From assembly GCA_016735395.1 (NCBI GenBank), contig JAERRO010000001.1, forward strand, positions 2,428-66,427: 64,000 nucleotides of DNA. Reading direction: 5' to 3'. The notes beneath the pieces are model-generated. The model had not been told where the DNA came from. It saw only the letters and a program-made list of their open reading frames with translations, and made no database searches. Below, in pieces: positions 1-8,957 of the stretch (positions are counted from its first letter, which is position 1; the number at the start of each line of letters is the position of its first letter). Made by a program: the position numbers and the translations under genes. This stretch comes from Alphaproteobacteria bacterium. GTDB taxonomy: Bacteria; Pseudomonadota; Alphaproteobacteria; Rs-D84; JAERRO01.

Positions 1-112
1 CTTTGAAAGATAGGGAGCTGTTTAAAAGTTAATTAAAATATGATGTTGATGTTTTCTTTGTTAGTTATATCTAGGTTTAGGAAGTCCCCAAGGTTTAGTG
101 GTGAGTAGGCAT

Positions 113-499
113 CTATGTTGATTTATTAAGGATATTATTTAGGTCTTCGAATTGTTCATAACTATCATCACAGATATATGTAGTATTTGTATTGATTTTC
201 CATATATCCGAATTTTTGACAACTATGCCTACGATATAATTAGAATCTAATTTATTATCTTTCAAATATTTATGTAGTGCTTCAACTTTAGGTTTAGTAT
301 TAGAATCTTTAGCCGTAATCCCACCTTTAGTATCTACTATTAATATCTTCCCATTTTTAAGGCGAATAAACCAGTCTGGATAGAATAGATATCGGTTGTT
401 GTCATAAGGAACAGAAAAGTAGTCTTTTCCACAGTCTCCGTTTTTATACCACCAATCTATATTATTATTTATATAACTACATTGTATAGACAAAATCAA
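113..499 (-). CDS. Stand-alone PD-(D/E)xK nuclease domain homologous to the C-terminal endonuclease domain of the type III Res subunit encoded at 57982..60570; likely a gene remnant or solo nuclease
   Basis: 128-aa ORF. FYPDWFIRLKNGKILIVDTKGG...KYLKDN aligns with the Res C-terminus FEPDFVMFFKKNGSEEFSNLQVFIEPKGG...SINKN, with D...(D/E)xK spacing conserved. No helicase portion upstream; intergenic DNA follows the start codon. Confidence 0.4.
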   Translation of the reverse strand: MILSIQCSYINNNIDWWYKNGDCGKDYFSVPYDNNRYLFYPDWFIRLKNGKILIVDTKGGITAKDSNTKPKVEALHKYLKDNKLDSNYIVGIVVKNSDIWKINTNTTYICDDSYEQFEDLNNILNKST

Positions 500-649
500 G
501 ATAATTTTTATCTTTACTTTAGTTTAACATATTTATATAGTATTTATATTTAACAGTTTGTGAACATAAAAGGTGTTATAATGAATGATTATGAAAGAAG
601 AATTGAGACTATGAAAATAATAACTAAACATTTAAATAAAGGTTAAATT

Positions 650-1372
650 ATGGCAAGATATATTTATATTTTAACAAACCCAGCTTTTCCTGAATGGAAT
701 AAATTTGGAGAATCAAACAATGCTAAAGAAAGAGCAAAACAACTATCAAAGTCAACCGGACTTCCATTTTCATTTAAAGTTTATGCAACTCTTGATTTAG
801 GTGAAAATAATAATATTAATGGTTTTGATAAAAAAATTCACAAGATGATAGAAGCCATTGATGGCGAGCTACGGTCTGTAGAAAAAAAAGATGATGGAAC
901 AATCCGCCACCGTGAATTTTTTAATATAGGAAAAGATAACCTGTTCAATATTCTTGATAGTTTAAAGTCTCTTTTAGGATTGCCAGAAGAATCTTTAGTA
1001 AAAATTCAAACTGACGAGGATAGATTAGAAGAAAAAATAGCAACAGATGCTCGTAATAAATATAGAGATAGAACAGTTTTTGCTAAATTAGGATTAAAAA
1101 TTGGCGATGTACTATCATATATCAAACGACCAGAAATTAAAGTTATAGTCCAAGATCTGGAAAATAAAGTAAAATATGACGGTGATCTTTACGGGAAGGG
1201 GGACGACTATACTTTAACGAATCTAGTCAAAAAGATCGAGGGTAGCACGGGTGGTGTAAATGGATTTGCTTCATTTGGGGTTAATGATTCTGTCACTGGA
1301 AACTTGAAAAGTTTATATGAATTACGTTTGGAAATGGAAGAAGAAGGAACCTACGGTAATTTTGAAAGTTGA
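650..1372 (+). CDS. T5orf172 (GIY-YIG-like) domain protein; the C-terminal half has no motif I recognise
   Basis: N-terminus YIYILTNPAFPEWNKFGESNNAKERAKQLSKSTGLPFSFKVYA...REFFNI matches the T5orf172/MUG113 consensus (YvYiLtnp...KIG.t...eRl.qL......Pf.f.l......E..lH......REFF). A 22-codon uORF (581..646) and an extended -10 (tgttataat) lie just upstream. Confidence 0.55.
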   Translation: MARYIYILTNPAFPEWNKFGESNNAKERAKQLSKSTGLPFSFKVYATLDLGENNNINGFDKKIHKMIEAIDGELRSVEKKDDGTIRHREFFNIGKDNLFNILDSLKSLLGLPEESLVKIQTDEDRLEEKIATDARNKYRDRTVFAKLGLKIGDVLSYIKRPEIKVIVQDLENKVKYDGDLYGKGDDYTLTNLVKKIEGSTGGVNGFASFGVNDSVTGNLKSLYELRLEMEEEGTYGNFES

Positions 1373-1435
1373 AAGTTTGCTTTTTATAAGTAGTTCAGCT
1401 AAATGTTTCTACTATTATCGGTTCGTTTTTCAATA

Positions 1436-3064
1436 CTAGCTATTGTCTTTCTCTTCAATATGTAGTTTATATCTTTCTTCAATAATAGATGTATATTTTT
1501 TAATAATTTTATCAATTTCATCACAGCAACCATATTCGTCTAGAAATTCTTCTATCTCTGCGATCTTTTCTTCTATCTCACGGCCACATCTTTGTAGATT
1601 ATTTTTAAGATTGTTTATCTCCAAGTTAGAAATACTGAAATTTTTTATCTTGTCGACACTCTTTTGTGCTTTTAAAAATTTATCTTTTTTTAGTGTCTTT
1701 AAAATATCTATTAATTTAGAAGACTTCTTATTTTTGTCCGTGTAATTGAAAGCTTCTAAATTTATCAAAAAGGCTTCTAAATTATTTCTAAAATCTATAG
1801 TTTCATTCTTGAAATTATCATCTCGATCATTTATAATAGAATTATTTGATATCCTTATAATGCCATCGCCCAGAGATATTATATTACTACAATCTAGTAG
1901 AACTTTATAACTACTGGTGTGATAGGGATTATCTATGTCTTTGTAAAAAGGATTATAATGATGTAATAATCCTAAATGAACATTTCCTTTTTCTTTATAT
2001 TTCTTCTTGCATAATAATGAAGATAAGTAATTACATCTTACTTTTCCTATTTTATTACTTTTACAAATAATAATTGCATTTCCTATTACCTCTTTAAATT
2101 CTCGACTCGTTAGTTTAGATTTTTTACCATATTCAGCTAGCCACTTTTTTAATTGAAATAGGCTATTATAGCTTTCCCCTTCTAACTTTATATTGCTACA
2201 ATCTCTAAATACTTCTTCTAAAAGTACATCATTACATAGATATTCATATTTAGGAGGTGGTATCTTAAAATCACCTTCATTACTAATAAATTTTTGTAAA
2301 TATGTTTCTTCATTATTTTTATTCGAATTTAAATTATAAAAGCCATTAATGTATTCATTAAGTTTATCTCTATGTACAGGAAATATAACAATAATTCCTT
2401 CAATATCAAAAAAATGTTTAACTGTTTCTAGTGTTTTTACTGCATAATCTGGTCTACATCTATCTAGTTCGTCTACAATTAAGACAAGTTTACTGTTTTT
2501 TAACTTTGTAATAATGTCTTTTAAAGACTTCTGCATATTTAAAATAGGATCATCGCTTTCTTTAGATGTTTTACTCCAATTATTGACTAGAGCTTTCCCA
2601 GAAATTCTTATTTTAGTAACTGTTGGGATTGCAACTTCCATATTTATAGATGAAATAACATTACCTAGCCCCTTAAATACAGCCTTTTTTAATTTGCTTA
2701 AATTTATATCGTCCTCGCATACAAGATTATCTTTTTCTATAAATTGTGTTATCGCCTTTGAAAAAGATAAAAAAGGATCTGGCATATAATCACTTTCCCA
2801 AGCACTAAAATAAATATTATTAATTTCTTCTTTTTTTAAATATTCTGAAAATCTTGTAGAAAAAAAAGTTTTTCCAGTTCCATATCCACCTTCTATACTG
2901 AAAACATATGGTGTCTTCCTCTTAATAATTTCTTGCATTACACCTACCGCGAAAATTTCAATTCCAGGAAATGCATCCGCCCAAATATTCTCTAGGCAAG
3001 TACTTTTATCTTTTGCACTTAAAGTTGCAATATATTTGATAAAATTTGTTTTATCTATATTCAT
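1436..3064 (-). CDS. KAP-family P-loop NTPase
   Basis: Walker A GGYGTGKT; KAP signature LVLIVDELDRCRPDYAVKTLETVKHFF; 542 aa, a typical KAP size. Confidence 0.75.
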   Translation of the reverse strand: MNIDKTNFIKYIATLSAKDKSTCLENIWADAFPGIEIFAVGVMQEIIKRKTPYVFSIEGGYGTGKTFFSTRFSEYLKKEEINNIYFSAWESDYMPDPFLSFSKAITQFIEKDNLVCEDDINLSKLKKAVFKGLGNVISSINMEVAIPTVTKIRISGKALVNNWSKTSKESDDPILNMQKSLKDIITKLKNSKLVLIVDELDRCRPDYAVKTLETVKHFFDIEGIIVIFPVHRDKLNEYINGFYNLNSNKNNEETYLQKFISNEGDFKIPPPKYEYLCNDVLLEEVFRDCSNIKLEGESYNSLFQLKKWLAEYGKKSKLTSREFKEVIGNAIIICKSNKIGKVRCNYLSSLLCKKKYKEKGNVHLGLLHHYNPFYKDIDNPYHTSSYKVLLDCSNIISLGDGIIRISNNSIINDRDDNFKNETIDFRNNLEAFLINLEAFNYTDKNKKSSKLIDILKTLKKDKFLKAQKSVDKIKNFSISNLEINNLKNNLQRCGREIEEKIAEIEEFLDEYGCCDEIDKIIKKYTSIIEERYKLHIEEKDNS

Positions 3065-3132
3065 AGGTGACCTTTATATAATTTATAACCTACAATAGAA
3101 ATAAACAAGTTCTTTAGGGGGAGGGGTATGAT

Positions 3133-3208
3133 TGGTGCGAGTGACGGGATTCGAACCCACAACTTCCACCTTGGCAAGGTGGCGCTCTAGCCATTGAGCT
3201 ACACTCGC
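3133..3208 (-). tRNA. tRNA-Gly (anticodon GCC)
   Basis: The reverse complement folds as a 76-nt cloverleaf: acceptor GCGAGTG/CACTCGC, anticodon loop CTTGCCAAG, TTCGAAT T-loop, 3' CCA encoded. Confidence 0.85.
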
Positions 3209-3212
3209 TAAT

Positions 3213-3287
3213 TGGTGGGCGCAGTAGGATTTGAACCTACGACCAAATGCTTAAAAGGCACTTGCTCTACCACTGAGCTATGCGCCC
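3213..3287 (-). tRNA. tRNA-Lys (anticodon UUU)
   Basis: Reverse complement GGGCGCATAGCTCAGTGGTAGAGCAAGTGCCTTTTAAGCATTTGGTCGTAGGTTCAAATCCTACTGCGCCCACCA; perfect 7-bp acceptor stem, anticodon loop CTTTTAA, CCA encoded. Confidence 0.85.
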
Positions 3288-3361
3288 ACTAAATAATATA
3301 ATACATAAATTTATTATAAAATCAACTATATATGTAAATTTATTCTTATTTTATTATTGCT

Positions 3362-3889
3362 TTATGATTTGTAATTTTTTACAGACTTTAAGATAATTTC
3401 TTTAGCTTTTTCTATTCCTTCCCAGCCTGATAGTTTTACCCATTTGTTCGGTTCTAGATCTTTATAATGCTCGAAGAAGTGTGTGAGTTTTTTTCTAAAT
3501 GCCAAAGGAATATCTTCATAGCTTTGTATGTCGTCATAGAATTTTTCTACTTTGCTATGCGGGACACATAGAATTTTTTCGTCCATACCAGCTTCGTCTT
3601 CCATAATAATTACTCCTACAGGTCTAACTCGTATCATAGATCCAGCCATTAAAGTAGTATCGTTAATTACTAGAACATCTAGCGGGTCTCCGTCGTCGGC
3701 TAGAGTGTATGGAATGTATCCATAGTCTGCAGGGTATGTCATAGGAGTGCTTAAAATTCTATCTACGATTAGAACTCCGCTATCTTTATCTATTTCGTAT
3801 TTTACTCCTCCGTTTTTAGGTATCTCTATCACCGCATTAAAATCGGTCGGAATATCTTTGTGCTTCGGTAATTTTTCTAGTATTGTCAT
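3362..3889 (-). CDS. ppa: Inorganic pyrophosphatase (family I)
   Basis: 175 aa. Conserved blocks NAVIEIPKNGGVKYEID, DVLVI and YGYIPYTLADDGDPLDVLV. Confidence 0.9.
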   Translation of the reverse strand: MTILEKLPKHKDIPTDFNAVIEIPKNGGVKYEIDKDSGVLIVDRILSTPMTYPADYGYIPYTLADDGDPLDVLVINDTTLMAGSMIRVRPVGVIIMEDEAGMDEKILCVPHSKVEKFYDDIQSYEDIPLAFRKKLTHFFEHYKDLEPNKWVKLSGWEGIEKAKEIILKSVKNYKS

Positions 3890-4010
3890 TTATAATCCTT
3901 TCGTATTTACTGTTATTTATATATCTATAGAATATATTTTATTATTTTTCAACTCTAGACTTTCTCGTTAAAAGTGTTATACTATAGGTAGAATTCTACA
4001 GGAGGACTAT

Positions 4011-4601
4011 ATGAAGTTCAAATTATTATTTTACGGAGATTTGAAGACTAATCCTAAACATAGAAACATATATATACATTCATTGCGAACATTTATTCAC
4101 TATCAGCTAGTAGAGTTGATGAAGCAGTCGCCGTGGAGTAGACTAGTCGATCACCAGGGGGCAAATCCCAAAAAGAGCCCTAGTATTTCCAAAACGGTGC
4201 ATGGGATAGAATTTCATTCTTTAATTACAAAGGGTATGAAATTTCTAGCAGAATTAGATATAAATTTACTGCATCCTTCTATAGCAGGGACGAAACACGC
4301 AGATCTAGACAATCGGTTGAAGTCTTTACTAGATGCCCTGAAAGCTCCAACCCTAGACAACGAAGTTCCGGCAGATGCCTTTAAAGATAAAAATAAAATG
4401 TATACTTTGTTAGAAGATGATAGTTTAGTTTCTAGAATAAACATTAACACTAGCCATCTGCTAACCCACGATATTTTTGATCAAAATCCAGCCGTGGTTT
4501 TTGGACACGATAATAACATAAACAATAATATATTTATGATTATAGATGTTAAACTGCGAATAAGAGAAGGTACAGTAGAAAATTTACCTTTTATGGTCTA
4601 A
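4011..4601 (+). CDS. rusA: RusA-family Holliday-junction resolvase-like protein (phage-type). A more likely start is the ATG at 4119.
   Basis: Catalytic-core signature HADLDNRLKSLLDALK (D-x-D-N-x-x-K...DAL) and downstream LLEDDSLV, matching E. coli RusA [27 protein letters not shown]. The N-terminal 36 aa are probably not translated. Confidence 0.55.
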   Translation: MKFKLLFYGDLKTNPKHRNIYIHSLRTFIHYQLVELMKQSPWSRLVDHQGANPKKSPSISKTVHGIEFHSLITKGMKFLAELDINLLHPSIAGTKHADLDNRLKSLLDALKAPTLDNEVPADAFKDKNKMYTLLEDDSLVSRININTSHLLTHDIFDQNPAVVFGHDNNINNNIFMIIDVKLRIREGTVENLPFMV

Positions 4602-4610
4602 GACTATCTA

Positions 4611-7600
4611 TCAAGGTAAACATTGACTCCATTGAGCCGTAGGGTTTAATCTAACTCTAAACTCGTTAGCAGGGCAATTATAGTCAGATTTATTTTCCCA
4701 ACCATTCTCTCCCGTAATAATACTACTAGAGAAAGTATAACTAGAACAAACATCCGTCTGTTTATTAAACTCACTATTCGCAAGATTCGTTTCGCTACAA
4801 TCTATAGCAGATCTGATATCCTTTTCTTCTTCGGTAAGGTCATTTATATCAACGGTACACAGGCTATAAGGAGTCGTAACTTTTATATAACTACACATAT
4901 TATAGGAGGAAGTCGTTACAGAACTTTCAGCAATAGCATTTACTACTGAAAATGATTTAGAACTTTCTTGTCCTGCGAGTTTCATCTCTTCTAGTATCGT
5001 CTCTGCAGTGTTTAATAGATCTTGATAATGGACAGCATGGTCCCTCAAGAGTGTAGGGAAGAAAACGGAACCGTAATTGTTTTTTACAAAATAGGACTCA
5101 CTAGGAATAATAGTAGGCGATTGTCTCGTAAAACCAGCTTCAGTCGCACATAGATCCGCCGTATTAAGACAAGGATTGTCGGGATTATCTCTGATAAAGA
5201 CCAACCGTTCTATGAAGTCTTTAAAGGTATGTTGCGGATATTTCTCTGCAACCCATGCAGGTGCATCCCACAAGTAAAGTCCCTTATCACTGTTAGAAAG
5301 TGAACCAGCTAATGAACCGACTGTATCAGATGTAGGGTTAAGAGGCGACAATATCATAACGATGCGGTGATCGTCTATAGATAAAATGTCCTCACCCGTT
5401 ATATTACCAGCTTTATCTGTATTTTTTCTAGTAATGAACGGGAGATTTTCAAATGGGTTCGTCCTACTAGAGGACGGAGACTCCGCATCTTTAATATCTC
5501 CTCGTATCCAACCTAGAAGTTGTCCTGCCAATACTACCTTTGGAGCGGTGATCCCTATACCAGCTCTACGATTGATAAATGGAATGCCGACAAAGTGATT
5601 AGAGTTGATATCTTCTATAGGAGATTCAGGGTCTATACCAAAATTAATCTCATCGTAAGACTTAGCATCGCCGTTTTCGTCAGAGATAAAATTCAAATAA
5701 CATAGAGTCGTCCACCCACCTAGATTTCCCCACTGTCTGAAAGAACCGTTTGTACAGAACCCTTGATCAAAATCATTATAAGTGTATTGATTTGTAGAAT
5801 AGATAAAGTCGACTTGATCGTATCCTACGAAGTCGCTCTTATCTTGATCTAGAGTACTAGCATTATCCCAATTTAGGTAATATAGTTCTTGACCGTCTAC
5901 ATACTGGAAATTATCGGTGTCTACCTCCTCAAAAGATAGATCTTCTCCGCTACTACCTTTCGCATCGAATCTGTCTACTATATTCGTCATATAATACGAT
6001 AAAATTCTCAAGTTAAAAGTATCTTGCCCGGTATTAACCAATCTAGAAGGATACCTCCAGGCATAAACACATGGAGATGTATGCAGAGATGTAATAAACG
6101 GAGAGATATTTCTGACACCGCTTGTCGGATTCTCGTAGACCCGTATATATATAAAGGCTCTTCTTTCGGCTATTAAATTTGTGTCTTTAACAAGAGAATT
6201 CTTGCAGAATTGAAATTTACAAGCACCCCATTGTTGGACTACATTATTATTTACATCTAACATCTGTTCCCACTGTCTTCTCATACCTTCAGGACAACCT
6301 ACATTAGTAAATTTATCTGTAACCATCTTTCCGCCTACGATATGAGACCCGTGATATGTAGGTATATTATTGCAGGTACCTGTTGAAATGCTGATAGTAT
6401 TGTTATTTATATTTATAAAGTTCCCGTTATATTCTGTAATAGTAGAACTCGTATTTATATTGAAGAAGTCGTAATTATCGAATGTATAAGTCCTAAAATT
6501 TATATCGGCGATTTGACCGTTTACCATAATATCGTTACATATTTCTATATCGTTACAAAGTTCTAATTCGGCATCTGCATCTTCGTCAAAACTACAACCG
6601 TAGAAAGGCCAGTGATTATAATCTATAATGGCATCATCGACCCGTTTCATAATCTGTTTCTGCGGATGATTGGCAGTTTTATCACCTACGGATACAGGAA
6701 TAGGTTTTATACAATATTGTTCTAAATCTAGTTCGGCATTCTTTAAAATAGTTCCTGTAAATAACTTCCGTTCTCCTACTTCACAAACAGTATCATCGTC
6801 TCTGTCTTCGTCATCCCAGATGGTTAAGAGATCGTCGAGATTTTCTAAGATATAATTTCTGTTTATGTTATCATCTATAGGGATAAGATTTAGTTGTCCT
6901 ATAATCGACGATAAAGTAGTATTATGAGTTAATTTTGACTCTAGTTTATCCCTAAAATTTCCGGGAGAAACATTATTGAAGAAAGAAGTGGAGATACAAA
7001 AGTTATTATCGTCACGAATACACTCTATATTTTTGTCGTCGTACATAGGTAAAAGAGCTTGAGAAGTGTATTGCACCCTTTGATGCAGACACTCTAGATC
7101 TTTTGAACCTGTATCACTCTCGTCTACAATAGGTACATTCGTGTTTAAAGCTCCGTATAGATTTTCTCTACCGCTTTCGCTCCGTCGTATAAAAGGAAGT
7201 TTGGTGGTAGTCGTGTTAATAGTGTCTTGAGAATAATCTTGGTATATAGATAGCGGAGGATTTTCTATCAACCCTGAATCACTATTACATGTACTCCAGT
7301 TTCCTATGGCTGTTCTATTAGGTTGAGAGCTGATAATTAGAGTAGGCTTATCGATACCTGGCACCCATTTATAGACACAATTGTCTTCTTCTCTATAAAT
7401 TAAAGCATAATTAGAATTATCTACCATAGGAATATTTTTACAGTAGGGTTTAGCTTTACAAGAATGACTAGGAGAAATTCTTTCATATCCATTCGGACAA
7501 TCAGGTATTAGATAAGATGGCATAGTAATACAACTGTCGGCTCCGATGTGTACATGCCCATTGATTTCACATGTATCATTATGATTGCCTTCGATACTAC

Positions 7601-8894
7601 AAGTATCACTTAACCCAAGATGTGAATTTAGGACTTTCTTATTGCCACAATCTAGACAAATAAATCGCCCGGTTTTATATAGTCCTCCGATACGGATGTC
7701 TATATCGTTCATCTGATATTTTATTTCATCACTTAATAGTCCTATCTGTTCTATATCTCTGAAAGCAAAGAATGTCCCGAAACTACTATCTTTATTAGAA
7801 CTTAGCGGAGTGGATTCACAGTAGTTGCTACTAGCAGGATTACTAGAGATACAGTCTTCATTGTTAGAAGCCTTTTTAGGACTAGGAATACATAACCAAT
7901 GTGTACAGTCTTCCGACAATATAGGGGTCTCACAGGCAGTGCAAGGTGTCTCTTTTCCTATAATTTTTACAGGATTAACGATGGTAACTTTACCACTGTC
8001 ATCTACGACTCTCCGACTACACTGGTCATAAATCTCGTCGGCTTTATCTGTATCTTCAAAATAATAACAGGCACATTCTCCCGTAGTTTTGTCGAAGATG
8101 TAAATTTCGTTTGCTTCACAATTAGCTTCAAATATATTACATTGTCCCGTATTTTCTAAGTCGGCGGAGTCTTCGACATCTATAACACAGAAACCTGTAG
8201 TAGTATCAGGTTTTAGACCCACTGGACACAAATCAAGAGAGTTAACATCTCTACATACCAACCTATTCCCGTATAATGCCTTAATCTGTCCCGTAGGACA
8301 TTCTATATCGTTGGAACTTAACTTTTCAGAAAGTTTAAACTGTGAATTAGAAAAAGAGGTCATCATAACTAAAGAACCTACTTCTATCAATAGACTTTTG
8401 ACGATTTTATCATTGATGTAGACGGACTCTTTAGACATAGAATGATTAACAACTCTCATATCTTTAGAACTCTCAATATCCCATGCAATACCGATATTTG
8501 TGATATTTCTAAATTTATTATATAAAATATTTAATATCTTCCCCCTAGATATCGTATCGACAGGTTTAGATACAGAGATAATAATTTGTTCTACAGCATA
8601 ATCATCTTGAGAACACTCGAAAGTAAGTTTGCTATCTTTAACACAGAATTTATGAGATTCTATCTCGTATCTAATACCGCAGGTAGTTTTTGTAGGGAAT
8701 ATAAAAGAATTTCCGACTAAAGTAGTTTTATCTATATAGATGGCAGTAGAATGTTCTTCACTTAAACAAGTAATAAGAGCCTCTAGAGGTATCTCTTGAA
8801 CTAGTGTATCTTTAAACTCGTCTAAAGAAGGCGATTGACTATAGTAATAATTACTTAAAAAGATAAAACTCAAAAGTAGAAGTATAATATTCAT
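4611..8894 (-). CDS. Giant (1427 aa) secreted cysteine-rich protein; function unknown
   Basis: Long uninterrupted ORF with N-terminal signal peptide MNIILLLLSFIFLSNYYYSQS. Cys-rich modules (e.g. CPVGLKPDTTTGFC, GECACYY) reminiscent of EGF-like or extracellular repeats. No catalytic motif recognised. Confidence 0.6.
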   Translation of the reverse strand: MNIILLLLSFIFLSNYYYSQSPSLDEFKDTLVQEIPLEALITCLSEEHSTAIYIDKTTLVGNSFIFPTKTTCGIRYEIESHKFCVKDSKLTFECSQDDYAVEQIIISVSKPVDTISRGKILNILYNKFRNITNIGIAWDIESSKDMRVVNHSMSKESVYINDKIVKSLLIEVGSLVMMTSFSNSQFKLSEKLSSNDIECPTGQIKALYGNRLVCRDVNSLDLCPVGLKPDTTTGFCVIDVEDSADLENTGQCNIFEANCEANEIYIFDKTTGECACYYFEDTDKADEIYDQCSRRVVDDSGKVTIVNPVKIIGKETPCTACETPILSEDCTHWLCIPSPKKASNNEDCISSNPASSNYCESTPLSSNKDSSFGTFFAFRDIEQIGLLSDEIKYQMNDIDIRIGGLYKTGRFICLDCGNKKVLNSHLGLSDTCSIEGNHNDTCEINGHVHIGADSCITMPSYLIPDCPNGYERISPSHSCKAKPYCKNIPMVDNSNYALIYREEDNCVYKWVPGIDKPTLIISSQPNRTAIGNWSTCNSDSGLIENPPLSIYQDYSQDTINTTTTKLPFIRRSESGRENLYGALNTNVPIVDESDTGSKDLECLHQRVQYTSQALLPMYDDKNIECIRDDNNFCISTSFFNNVSPGNFRDKLESKLTHNTTLSSIIGQLNLIPIDDNINRNYILENLDDLLTIWDDEDRDDDTVCEVGERKLFTGTILKNAELDLEQYCIKPIPVSVGDKTANHPQKQIMKRVDDAIIDYNHWPFYGCSFDEDADAELELCNDIEICNDIMVNGQIADINFRTYTFDNYDFFNINTSSTITEYNGNFININNNTISISTGTCNNIPTYHGSHIVGGKMVTDKFTNVGCPEGMRRQWEQMLDVNNNVVQQWGACKFQFCKNSLVKDTNLIAERRAFIYIRVYENPTSGVRNISPFITSLHTSPCVYAWRYPSRLVNTGQDTFNLRILSYYMTNIVDRFDAKGSSGEDLSFEEVDTDNFQYVDGQELYYLNWDNASTLDQDKSDFVGYDQVDFIYSTNQYTYNDFDQGFCTNGSFRQWGNLGGWTTLCYLNFISDENGDAKSYDEINFGIDPESPIEDINSNHFVGIPFINRRAGIGITAPKVVLAGQLLGWIRGDIKDAESPSSSRTNPFENLPFITRKNTDKAGNITGEDILSIDDHRIVMILSPLNPTSDTVGSLAGSLSNSDKGLYLWDAPAWVAEKYPQHTFKDFIERLVFIRDNPDNPCLNTADLCATEAGFTRQSPTIIPSESYFVKNNYGSVFFPTLLRDHAVHYQDLLNTAETILEEMKLAGQESSKSFSVVNAIAESSVTTSSYNMCSYIKVTTPYSLCTVDINDLTEEEKDIRSAIDCSETNLANSEFNKQTDVCSSYTFSSSIITGENGWENKSDYNCPANEFRVRLNPTAQWSQCLP

Positions 8895-8957
8895 AAACTC
8901 TCCGTAATTTATATATAGAAAGTATGTTAATATAAATCAAGAAATAGTTATAATTAA

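Noticed and set aside
581-646. 22-codon uORF (MNDYERRIETMKIITKHLNKG) abutting the T5orf172 gene, whose start ATGAATGAT resembles the repeated MNDN start of res and DUF3800
   Set aside because: The 9-mer match is expected about once by chance in 64 kb of ~29% GC DNA; similarity does not extend beyond it. Possibly a leader peptide but unsupported.
1443-1745. Short opposite-strand ORFs nested inside larger genes (e.g. 1443..1745, 2514..2789, 3747..3971, 4214..4450, 11133..11732, 20541..20837, 35458..35724, 45886..46422, 48080..48574)
   Set aside because: All lie antisense within long, motif-supported CDSs. They have low-complexity, Ser/Leu/Ile-rich translations typical of AT-rich antisense frames and carry no motifs, so they are treated as spurious.
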